From: Raillietiella orientalis
Lineage: Eukaryota
Reading direction: 5' to 3'
Assembly: GCA_036172245.1 (NCBI GenBank)
Contig: JAYWIR010000027.1
Location: forward strand, 1,364,001 to 1,428,000
Length of the DNA stretch: 64,000 nucleotides
Made by a program: the position numbers and the translations under genes. The notes below the pieces were generated by a model that was not told the origin of the DNA, made no database searches, and saw nothing but the letters and a program-made list of their open reading frames with translations. This document shows positions 25,201-37,200 of the stretch, one piece after another (the stretch's first letter is position 1; every line of letters begins with the position of its first letter).

Positions 25201-28200
25201 GGGAGGGAGGGTTTCCGCCTCTGTGCTAAGGCTGTATGCCCGAGTCTCGCCCCATTCTGCTGGTGGGGATGGTGATAGCACGGTGCTCTCCCTTGGAAGA
25301 GGTTTGATCGCGGGAGGTCCGCGCCCTGTCTTTCGGAGAACATCGTACTCAGAAGGAAGCGTCCCGGCTGTGTGGGTTGCTCCCCACCCCACACACAAAA
25401 GCTGCGTTCCGTCCTCTAGAGTAGTCGAGGTGGAAACAGCCGGACTCTCGGATGTTGATCGCGATGTTCGTTCCAACCGCACGGCTTGCTGCTCTGGGGA
25501 AACACAAAGCGCGCACTCTTGGATGCAAGGGACCCTCTTCACAATTGTGGGCTTCTTCTTTTTCGGAAAGATGAAAGTAAAAGAGTAAAAGCTCTGCTCC
25601 ACCTGTTTTGCTGTTGCAGACACGGACGCCAGCACGCTGAGCAGCAGACGACGGGAAGAAGAAGAAGGCTCTTCGACCCCAGAAGTCAGCGTTTCCGCCA
25701 TGGACGGCTGCGACCTGCAGCCGGGCAGGCCGGCGACACCTTTCAAGAGGTTCCTGGCGGCCGGTCCCGGCTTCCCTCCTCCTGCCTCCCCCTCCGGCTG
25801 GGTGAGGGAAGCCTACGCCCCGGGATGGCCCCCGGCTCAGCCTCTCCTGAACGGGAAAAGATGGAAATCGGAAGCTTCCTCCTGCGCTCCCAGTCGGGCG
25901 ACCACCTGCGATCAGGACCCTTTGCCCGCCCGCAGCCCGGAGAAAGGTTCTCCCGCTAGCGTCCGTCGCGATCTAGTCACTGAAGGGGAGAGGAAGCCGG
26001 GGATGCTATCCTCGACGGAGGTCCCCAGCACGGACGCCCACGAAGACGAGAACTCGATGAGGGACAGCGACTTCGCAGAGGCCTCGTCCCTCAGCAGCTC
26101 CCTGTCCGAGGACACCCTGAACGAGTTCTGCGTTTACCCCCCTGAGGACCCCTCTCCCAAGCTCAAAGAGCTCGGTGGCGGCGGCAAGTTCCTGGGATGC
26201 CTGTGCCCGTCCGTCGAACCGTTTGCGCCGGTCTTCCAGGGCAGGAAGCCCGTGGATCCCCCGCCGAAGATCGTCAGCGACTCGGCTCCGTCCCCTCCGT
26301 TAGAGACCGTCGGCTGCCCGGATCCGATCGGCGCCGAATTCCCCTTGCTGGGAGGAAGGTGCAATCGCCTCCAGAGCGCCTTCGAGGAAGGCGAGGCGGT
26401 GGCGGCCGGCCCGTGCGAGCTCCCCGGCGCCGAGGGGCGGGCTGCGAACGCGGAAAGCGCACCCGAGCTCAACGGCCGGCGCGTCTCCGCGGAGGACTCC
26501 GACTACTGCGACCACATCTACGAGTACCCCTGCCTCCGCGAAATACAGGATGAGGAGGAAGGGAAGGTCGCTCTCCGCTCGCGGAGCGGCGAGGAGCCGG
26601 AGGCGCCGGGAGGCGGCTCCAAGTACCTGTTCGAGGGAGCTTCCAGACACGACATCCTGGAGTACCTGGAGAACCTCAGGAAGAAGGAACTCTGCGAGAT
26701 GAGCACCCCTTTCAGAAGCGGGGATGACGAAGAAGAGGAGGAGGACTGCTGCTCGGACGTGCACCGCTACAACCAGCCGGCGTGCTACGCCTTGGAGGAG
26801 GAATTCTTCGGCGGGGTGGACCGAGGAGACGTCTTCAAGGAGAGCGAGCTCCGCTTCCAGGTGAGGTGCGCCTATTGTCACTCGGGTCGCAAAGGATCAG
26901 CGGGCGGGAGTCTCTCTCTGGACCGAGCGTTCCGCGTTCTCGTGTGCACGCCTGCGCTCTCCCCCCTCCTTTTTTTTTTTTTTGCGCTTGCTTCCGTCGG
27001 TCTCTCTCCCAGGGTGGACGGTCCGCGCTTCGTCCGGCGGCGCCGAACTCACTTGCCCGACGCTCGAGCCCGTTAGCGCTTCGCGGGTCGCGGGTGCCAC
27101 CGCTTCCCTCCTGGAGACGGCAGCGGAGCGAAAGAGGGTGTTGGGTTTTTGCGCGCGCACCCCCTCCCCTCCTGCCGTTCCTTCCCCCCATCTCTTCCGT
27201 GCATCCGGCGACCCCGAAGCCCTGCCGGACCCTCCCTCTCGGAGAGAGGAAAGGCGCGGCATGCTTGACCGCCCGAGGTCGCCCCACCGCGCACGCGCAC
27301 CTTGCGGAACTCCCGATGCGTGCGGCGAGCCGTCATCAATGGGATAAAGCCTCCGGTGACCTGACCGAAGTGAGCGAAAGACTAGGAGGTCGCCGAGTGA
27401 CTCGACAGGTTACTGTTGTTTTTCTGCCGAAATTCTAGTGGCTGATTGTTGCTATGGGATAGTGGTGGGGCTCAGCTGGTGGGGAGACGCCGAGGATGAT
27501 CTGTGACGGACGCCACGGACTTCGGGAGCACCGGTCGAACGGAATCCCCGATTCGTCCGGGGTGATGGGCTGCTTGTCAGGGCGTCCGGGAACAGTGCCG
27601 ACTCGGATTCCTCTGGAGGGGTGGGTGGTGGTCCGTGAGCGGAGGGTGCTAGCGCATCGCAGTGACGGACGATGCGAACGGCTGGCGTGGGTTCTCCCTT
27701 CCTTCCGGGAGTTGTGAATGGTCGGGATCGGCGCTTTCCGGGTCCGAACCTCTTCCGTCCACGGTCTGCGATGGACTCGGTCGCCGAGCGACGGAGCGAG
27801 TGCGTTCCCGTCCCGCAGGCGGGAGGACGAGAAGAGAGAGGGGGTGGGGGTGGAGAGAGTGACCGGCGAGGTGGTGCAAGTTCAGATTGATCCCGGGAGG
27901 CTGGCGCGCGAGCCTGAAAGGCAGGCGAAGCGACGGAGTAGCTTGGTAACTGCGGTCGCTGTGGTGTAGTCGTGGAGGAAGATGACGTGTACCCTGTGGG
28001 AAAGGGGGGGATTGTCGAGTTTGAGGATGCGGGCTGGAGAGCAGCTGTGGTGGAGTTGGAGGACGAGCGGGTCTCCAGAGGGGGAAGCGCGAAGTCTCTC
28101 CGGTGGAGTTGACGTTGACAGCTGATCGACGGTTGTTTGTTTGCTCGACTGGTCTTTCCGGGATGATGAATGTGGGGAGGAATGTGGAGATGAAGGAGCG

Positions 28201-31200
28201 AGGATGTGTGGTCTTCCGTGCGCTGAAGATGTCCAGCATGAAAGAGGGGCATCGTGGTGTTCCTTTGAGACCTAGGAAGTGTTGCGGCGGCGGCTTCCGC
28301 TCGCAGTACTGCGCGTTGCGGGTTCGAATCCCGCCCGGGGAATGATCGAAGCCGAGAATAGGGAAGTGCGTCTTTAGGGTCTTGGGTTTCGAGTTCCCCA
28401 TCGGATGCCCTCGTTGACGGACCGGGATCAGAAGTCGACTCTCCGGGGTTCCTCCAGGACATCAAGGAGCCTTTCGGGGTTCCCCTCTGGTTGCGAAAAG
28501 GGGACCGCACCACTGAACTGACTGATACTCCCTCTGGAGGTTGAGCCGTGCCATCACGTCTCCACGGAGCCGGTTGCTATTCTCCTCAGGGGGATGGCCT
28601 CTCCAGAGCGTCAGAAGCGCGCTCCCTTCAGGGAGCGACCCTTTAGAGAAATGAGGAGGCATTTATTCGGGGTTCTCTTCAGAGGAGGAAACCAAGAGCA
28701 ATGCCCTTGTTGGTTTCCTCCGGAGAAGGAACAAAGGAACGGCGCCCTCCAGGGGATCGACCCTTCCGCAGAGAATAAGGAAGGGATGGTTCGCTTCGGG
28801 GTTTCTCCCAAGCATGAGGAACGGGACTCCTTCCTCCGGAACCCTTCCTGGATTCGAGGGGTGGTCCCCTTCCGGGGGACCTCCTAGCTCGAAGAGTGAC
28901 TATGCGCACTTTCCGGCGGCGCGGACAGTGTTAAAGAGCTTCGTTGAGTCCCCCGTAAGGAGGCGGACGTTCTTCAACACTCTTCCCCCTTTCATCCAAA
29001 AGGAGGTGTTGCGGGAAGGTCACATTTGTCCAAGAGAATGCTGGCTTGGGGGCAGGTGACCCCGCAGTCGGTGGTGGCGGGTCCCACCGCGATTGTTTCG
29101 CGGAGGATCCGCTGGTGCTGGACCAGCGGATCCTCCGCGGGGGTGACCTCGGCAGCGACCTCGCGTACGTTGCGGCTGCTGCGCGCGCACGGGAGCCGCC
29201 ATTTTGCGGGAAACACCGGCGCCGGCCTCTCGGTGGGCATGGGAGGCCGGGAAAGGCGAAGCTCGGCGCGACGGTGGACCTTGCTGATCGATGACCCTCC
29301 TCAGTGGAGTCGCGAAACCTCTGGCCACCGGTCACTGGTGGCGCCCGCACAGGTCGCGCCTCTCTCAGCATCAGTGCGCGCAAGGGAATGGCCGTCCGCG
29401 TTCGTCTGCGCGCCCGCATGGGTTCGAGGAACCCAGAAGAGCGACGGACGGCGAAGGCAAAGACGCGCAGAAGTGGCGCCTTCGACGAAGCAGCGGCGGC
29501 AATTTCAGACTGCTGGCCTGGCAGGTTCGTCCCAGCGCTTCTCTGAAGAGTGTGCGCAACGAGAGGAGGCACGACCTCCCTTACGGAGCCATGGTGGCTG
29601 CATAGCTGGTCTGTGAAATCCTCAACGCACGCATACTCGGGCAGAGAACTTGTGGACCCCGCAGGAGGAAGAGACCACGCCCACCTCTTCTATGGCTCCT
29701 CCCAAGACCCCGGTGCTTACGAGGCTCCCTTGCGCACCGCCTAAGGCAGAGAAGCCCACGCGGCCGTTCTCATGAGTCGCGCCCGCCATCCCTCCCCTCT
29801 TCCATAGCGGGTAGACAGCCGCAGCGCCAGATCGGACCTTCGAGCGAACGCGGGTGCGAAGAAACTGCAGGAGCTAATCGACGATTCATCCGTCGCGGTA
29901 GAGAGAGGGCGGTAGAGATGCGCGCGCAAGTACTGGGGGGCGGCTGGGCTCCCGACAGCGGCACGGATGCCGTTGCCAACTCCGGTTCTCGATGTAGGCG
30001 GGATGCAGCTTCCCATGGTCCATTCTCGCGCGGCCGCCGCCGGCTGGGCTCGGCGTATCACTCGCGCGCCTCATCGAGAAGAGGTTCCGAGATGCCGTAA
30101 TCGCATCGGCCTGGTATGGGAGAGAGATGTCATTATGGCGCTCGCACGGGGATCGCGGCGCCACTGTCTCCACGTCCACGGCGCCTCATCCGCCGCCGTC
30201 GGAACCTCACGGAATCCGCTTTGAACCCTCCGAAAGCTTCCGAATCGACCTTATTGAGGGACCGGAAACCGGAGCGGTCCATCGGTGCCTGTGTGCAGCC
30301 TTCCAGAGCTTTCTAGGTAGTGTCCCATTTCCAGCTGATTCTGCGCGCGCTAGCCATGCGTTTGCAAATGCACTTCTTGCGCGTTTGCCCGCTTTCCCTT
30401 TGTCGCGCGTCAGCGACGTGTGCACGCTTGCGTGTGTGCGCATACGCGCACGTACTTGCGTATTTTGGTCCGTGTTGCACGTCATCGACGTGTGTGCACG
30501 CTAGCGTATGTGTGTATTTTGCTGCATGCGGATGTCATCGACGTGTGCATGCGTGCACGTGCTTATTTTGCTCCTTGTCGCACGTCACCGACTTGTGTGC
30601 ACGCCTATGTATACATGTGTGTGTATTTTTTAGGAACGCAAGGTACGTGTCGAAATCGATCGCAATGACTCGGGACTTGGCTCGGAGACAGGAAGAACAC
30701 TCCAGGCAAAGATGAGCAAGTACAAGGAGTACGCATACTGTGAGGACTGTGACGAAAAGAGCGTAAACGAGTAAGGAAACACTGAAAGTGTGCAGCACGT
30801 GTGCCACGAGCGTGTTGGTTGACTGCCACCGTCTGGCCTGATGAATTTCCATCTGAGCGGGCCATCAGAGGCGCTCCCATGTTCCCCTCTTCCTACTCTG
30901 TCTACACCCGAGGGCAGCTCCTACGGCATCGTACCCCTCGCCCCCTTGAAAGGCCCTTCCGCAACCCTCCCTCAGCTCGTCGGAGTTTCGGCGCTTCTCG
31001 CCGCGTTGCCCTCCCTTTCTGGGCTCGTCTGGGGCTCTAAGGGACGCGAACAGGGAGGGAGGGTAGCAGCGTTCCGGCACCCGAGGGAGGCTCGTACGGG
31101 TCGGGGTTGCTCCCGTCCAAGCCAAGCAGGCTCTCTCGCCGTAGTGGAAGGGCCTCCTTCTCCTTCCTGGGTACGGCCCACTTGCAGCGTGGTGGGGACT

Positions 31201-34200
31201 CGAGATGGGTGCCCACCACGCTGCAAGCGCGGACCACGCGGTATCGACGGCGCGTGGCACACGAGGGTGGGAGAAGGCCCGAGTTGGCCGCGGCTCCATA
31301 GATGTACCTGAGGACGCCGTTCCGGAGCCTTTCCAAGGAGGAGCGCTACAGGAAGCAGCACGCGCACCCACTCACCCGCGTGGGTTCCGACTCGCTGCTG
31401 CCGCCCTCGAGCAAGCAGCTCGGCAAAAAGGAAGGGAAAGCCCGTTGTCCCCACGGGAGATTGCGAAACGAAGAAGACCTCCCGGCAGTCCCGGCGCTGC
31501 ATTTGCAACGCGGTCACCACTCCCAGGCTCTGCGGCTGCCCACCGAGGGAGACTCCGGAGGCGGTGAAGTTCTCCGGAGGCGCGCGGGGCGGGAAGGAGA
31601 AGGAGGGCTTTCGATTTCAGGTTCGCCCACTTTGGTGGAGTGTGCGCGCAAGCGATGGGGTCCCCGGATCCCGTAATGGAGCGAAGCTCTTTGAAAAAAG
31701 TTAGCAGCAGCAAGGCAGCTATGAAATTTCCACCTCAACGGAGCGGCGATTCTCGAATGGCACGGTTTTTTTTTGAGAAAAAATAAAATAAATGGGCAAT
31801 TTCGGGCGAATTTTCGGCGTGCCCCAGTCACGGTGGAGCACAGGAATCCGTGAAAGTGCTTCCTCGCGAGAAGCCCTGCGCTTTTCGCAAGTGGGCCGGC
31901 CGCGAAAAGAAAAAGCGCTGCTGGGTGTCTTATCACCATGCTCTTGTTGTTCTGCTTTCGTAAAAGTCGACTGCCGCCTTATTTAGAACGCGAGCGAAGA
32001 CGCGTTTCCCCCCTTTGCGCTAGAAATTTGTTTCCCTCCTCCTCCCTGGCTCTGCCACCGCTTCCAGAACGGTCTCCTCCTCCTCCTCCTCCTCACCTCT
32101 TGCGGTCTTCGTCACCTGGGTCTTCCTCGCTTCCATCTCCGTCGAGAAGCGTAGACCAGCTCGCGTTGCCGGGCAGCCGGTCCTGCGCGTGGAGTGTAGC
32201 AGTTGAGGAGGGAGCAGCCGCGCAACAATGGAGAGGGAGGAGGAGCCTCATAACAATCGAGGGGGGAGGAGCCGCTGTCAGCTTCGTTGAACACCACGCT
32301 AACCTACTGGAAGTACACTGACCTCGGAAAATTCTCCCGAACGCGCAAGGGTAAGCGCACGTCCCTGGTTTGGGACTTCCCTGCAGCCCGGGAGTTTCTC
32401 TGCCCCCTATTCGGGACCCTCACGTGGAAGGCGCACTTGCTGGCAAGTGGGAGCTGCCGGAAGGAGTCGGGAGAGGGAACACCGCGAGGTTCCAGAAAGT
32501 GGGCAATGCTACCAGCAGCGGGAGGGCAGAGACGATATGTTTGTTTCCCTTTGCCAGTCCATCGGCGTTTTCTCCCCTCCCCTTCCCCGGTGATTGCATG
32601 GCATGCGCTCGAAACTAGCTGTGCATGCTTTCTAAAACTTTCCGGGTCAGGTCAGGAATTGCTTCCTCCAATACTTTGGAGCTAATCCATGGGAAGCTGG
32701 AAGCAGTTTTTGTTCTTTCCGAAAACCAAAAAACTTTCACAAGTAGAGATTCCTCGATGGCGGTTTCTTCGTCGATGTGGTTTTCAAACCAGACTCGAGG
32801 AATCCCTGAATCCCTGCGTCGTCGTGGATGCTTGTTTTTCCCTTGACCATTCACGGGAGCATTCGCGAAGTTCCCTTGTCGATCAGGTTAGAAGGATTGC
32901 GCGCAGCTCGATGCTGAAGACCGAGATTTCGCTCCCCGTTGCCATGGGAGACCCCAGCATCTTCTGAGCGTGGGCTTGATCGACCTCTGTTTCGATCGCC
33001 CGCTCTGATTCTTCCCTGGGATCCCATCTTATCGCAGAGGAGCACGCGCCGTGCGGTTTCTCTTCCTTCCTGCGGAGGGCGCTCCAGCAGGTACGTGCCG
33101 GACATGTCGCGATCTTACTGCTCGCGCTCTTTCCAGCTTATCCCGGGAGGAGGACAAGGCGGCGGTGGCAGTGGTGGATGACGCCACTGTACTTGGGAAG
33201 TCGCGCCACCTTGCGCCGTCGGTTCCACGCTCTCGCGCTTCGAACCGACGCCCACGTGCTGCCACGCGTCGCCTTGTCCTCGGCGCGGTTTCGCAGCGAC
33301 ATCCCGGCTCTCGCAGTCACTTCCCTTGCGGTTAAAGGTCACAGGGTTCATTTTTCATGCACCCCTGCCCGTCAGAAGCGGTGTCTCTGCGGGCGAGGGG
33401 GCAGCCATGCCGTCCTCACAGCGCAGCCTCGAAAAGTCATGGCCAACATTTATTGTTATGGGCCCAACAAAAGGCTCGTCAGATGCACTAGATGCTTGGA
33501 CCGGCTTGAGGCTGCTCCCACGGTTGCCGTGGCGTGTCGCTGTCGTGTTACCGCCTTCATTCGCGGCGTAATAAAAACACTATTTACTGCACCTGCCTAT
33601 CTGTCCAGTGTCTCCTCCCTGGAGGAACACTTCTTTTGCTGAAAGCTGAAGGTTTTTGGGCGGCGACTCGGCCTCCCTCCCTCCTCCTCGAAGGAGAGAC
33701 TTCGCTCCCGGAGGAATCAGCCGAGTGACCCGCACCGCATTCGGTGACTTCTCGACTTAACGGGCACCTTTCGTAGGGATATGCGTAGGGAGAGGGGAAC
33801 GAACCGGAGGGAGCCTTTTCCGCGTCACCCTACCAGCGTCTCAGCTTAGCCTGGTTGAACCCCTCCCCTTCCTCCACAGCGTGGGTAAAGAGTGCTTGCG
33901 CATGCGGAGCAAAAAGGCAGGATGGAGCAGCCAGTCTCGTGGGGACAGCGCTCTCCCACTGCTGGGAAGGCTCGCTGCACCGAGCAGCGGGGGGTGGGTG
34001 TGAGGTACCGGATGGTGAGCGCTCCCGTTGATGTCACAAGAGAAAAATCTCTTGCTACACGAACACCCGGTTTCCTGCTCGTCACTTTTGCTCGGTCGCG
34101 CATTAGGGAATGCAGCTCGCAAGCGCACCATCCTACGATCCAGGAATTCATCCCAAGGAACGTCATGGGCCCCCACTTCCTTGATTTTTTTGTTTTTTCT

Positions 34201-37200
34201 CATTTGCACTTCGTAGCTGCAGGTTTTTGTGCGCGCGCGCGTCGTTACGGCATCGGTTCCGCGTTTCTGATGAGCGCGCCCCAAGCGGGCAAAGGAGGAA
34301 AAAAACGTGGCATTGTTTACCGCTGCGGTTCCGTTTCCATGCGTGACGCAACAACCCACTCGCAGCGAGGGCCAGTCGCGCCTTGCAGAGTAGGGGATGG
34401 GAAGGCCGCACCGAGAACTGCGCGCGCCTGCCACAAAAAGTTCTGGAGGACCACCGCGGTCACGCGTCCAGGAGGGCGAAGGGATTTCCGTGTTCTTGCG
34501 ACGCCTCCTGGATCTGTCGACGAATGGGTGGCAGGGACCCGGGGAGCGGGAAGCTCCTGGCTTCCCACCCTTCGTTTCTTTACCGAGGAGAGAGGGAATG
34601 TGGTTGTTGGCGCGCTACACCTCAGCAGCTCGCGCAGAGCCTTCCGAAGAGGCGCGCGGGCGAATCGCTCCGATCTGACTCTCGGGCATGTGCTGATTTG
34701 ATGGCTGGTTTCCTACTCCTCCCATCTCACGCTTTTTTTTATTTTTTTTCCTTCTCTTTTTTTTCTTTCTTCTTTTCCAGGGACACCCTGTGCTATTGCC
34801 TCATATGCAACAAGTGCACCAAGCGTCGGCAGGAGAGGAAAGAGATCATAAACGAGATTATCGAGACGGAGATTAAATACGGCCGCGACCTGAAGGTCAT
34901 CGGGGAAGAGTTCTACCAGCCCATGAAGATCGCGGGACTGCTGACGGACACCCAGCTCAACGCCATCTTCCTGAACCTCAGCGAGCTAATCGACGTGAAC
35001 CTGAAGCTCACCGACAAGCTGAAGGAGGCCATACGCGTCGCCGTGCAGCAGGGGGACAAGGAGCTGTGCTCTGTGGACATCGGTCAAATATTCCTGGACG
35101 AATCCGGCGAGATGCTGAAGTGCTTCGAGTACTACTGCATGAGGCAGGTGAGGGAGGAGCGACCGACCGACCCCGCATCCGTGCGCACCCCTCCGAGCTC
35201 GCTTGCAGCACCAGCAGGGAGCCGGTCGCCCCGGGCCCTGCAAGAAGAATTCGATCCGGGGCGACCTTGAGGACTCGATCGCGGAATTTCAGATCGGGGC
35301 CCTTCGAACGGAGGAAAGACTCGGAGAGGGAGGGGGGGTCTCTCCCTTGGTCCAACTGCGCGTTTTCGATTCAGCCTCCCGAAAAGCACCATCTGTTTTT
35401 TGTTTGTTTGTTTTTTTAATACGGAGAGTCGAAAGCAGATGGCGCCGTCGGGCGTCCGGGACCCAGGCGGGCATTCGCGAGGCCAGCTCCACGCGACGGG
35501 CTCTTGTCGGGTTCGCGTCGCTGCGCGGCCCTTCGGCCCCCACTTCGTCTCCTCGGCTGGAGAGAAAAAACTTAGTCAAGAGTTCCTTTGCTCGAGAGGT
35601 GGCGCCATGGCGGCGGCTGGTCGAGTCGGGTTGAATCGCCCACCTCGGTGGCTGGTCCTCTGGAGAATCCGCCGCAACGGCGGTTCGTTCCGTGGAGGGA
35701 GACCAGAGGTCACTCGTGAGGCTTCTTCCCGGAGGTGGGCCGCTCGTCATCACCCCGACGGACCACGCTCGACGGAGCGCCAGTGGGCATGGTAAATCAG
35801 CAGGCGCTAAAAGTGCTCGTGCGGGGCGCTCGCCTGAGGGAGGTGCCCACTCTCCCCGGGATCGCCGCCTACGGACCCACGAGCAGGCAGAGCGGGGAGT
35901 CGGTTCCCAGGTAACACATGGAGCTCAATGAAGAGCGGGGGTGGGTAGAGTGAGCGTGAACTTCCGACCGGGAGTTTGGCTGCGTAAAGGGACCGGGACC
36001 GTGCACGAAGAGGGGGGGGACCAGTAGGGAAGGAGGAGGTGGACGGCGGTCGATTGGACCGCGTCATCGCCCTCTGCGTGCTGCTAGGAGCGCGTGACCC
36101 TTTCCTGCAGGTGGCGCTGGAACTGCCCCTCCTCGTCGTCACGGAGGGACCGACGACCCTCCCGGTGACGTAACGCGGGATTTGCTGTCGGGTCCGTCCT
36201 TGCGGAAGGGGTAGGAGGGAGACTGTCTTCGTGTCGCTTGCAACTGCTCCCAAGAGCACCTCAACCCACGACCAGTTGAGAGGCAACGCCCTTTCTCCAC
36301 ACCTGGGAGCGGTCGGTGCTAGGGGCCCCTCGTCCCGTTCCTCGACGCCGGCACCTGTTGCCGGGGCGACCCCCCTCCTTCCTCCGGGAGGCGGATCTCG
36401 GAGCGGTTGCCCGGATGCGCGTCTTCGAGCGGCCCTCCATGGCAGCATCCGCTCTTGCAACTCGCGCGCACCCTCCGTCGGCTTCGTCCGGAGGTTCAGC
36501 CGGCGCGCCTTCGTCGGGCGGGCGGGCGGGCCAGCCGGCCGGGACCCGTGAGTGAACACGTGCGCGGGGAGCGCCGCCCTATTCTCTCCCGGTGCACGTC
36601 CAGTGGCGCAGCGCGAATCCCCAGAGGCGTCCACCCCCGACGTTACACGGTTCGATAGGGGGGAGGTTGCCCTCCCCTCTTTCCCCCTTTTTTCCCCCAC
36701 GTGCGGGACCTGCGAGGATTTCGCGATCTCCACGCTCTCTCGTCCGCCAACGGCGCCTGTGAGACCTCTCCCCCTCGGGTGTGGTGGTGGTGGGAGGGAG
36801 GGGGATCAGTAAAAAGGAAAGAACAAAGGAAACCTCCCCAAGCCTGGAAGGGGGGAGGAAGGAGAGTTAGGTGCTCGCAGCGGCTCTGGACTCCGCGACG
36901 AGAGGGAAATCCGGAGGGAAAGACGCGTGAAGGAGGAGGAAGAATCCCGAGGCGCTTTTGCCGCCAACTCTCCGGCTGCGATCCGTTTCCCTCTTGTCCT
37001 CCGGAAAAAGGAGGGAAAGCACCATCTGTTTTTTTCGGAAAAAGAAAAACCTCGTGCTAGATATAAATGACTCTGTCGGGCCTCGGAGAGAGTCCTTCCG
37101 TCGTCTTCCTTCTCTGCATCCCGCAGGCTACCCCGCGCGCTGATGCCGGGGGTGAAGGAGCGGGTGGGCGGTGATACCGCGAAGCTGCGAAAAAGGGAAG

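Noticed and set aside
28270..28345. tRNA gene
   Set aside because: A B-box is present but there is no cloverleaf; it is part of a dispersed repeat.
30405..30635. CRISPR-like repeat-spacer array
   Set aside because: Units are degenerate, the spacers resemble each other, the context is a eukaryotic intron, and there are no cas genes.
32282..32356. Extra RhoGEF coding exon with a strong GTAAGC donor at 32351
   Set aside because: No open frame is phase-compatible with the downstream acceptors; at most a non-coding alternative first exon.
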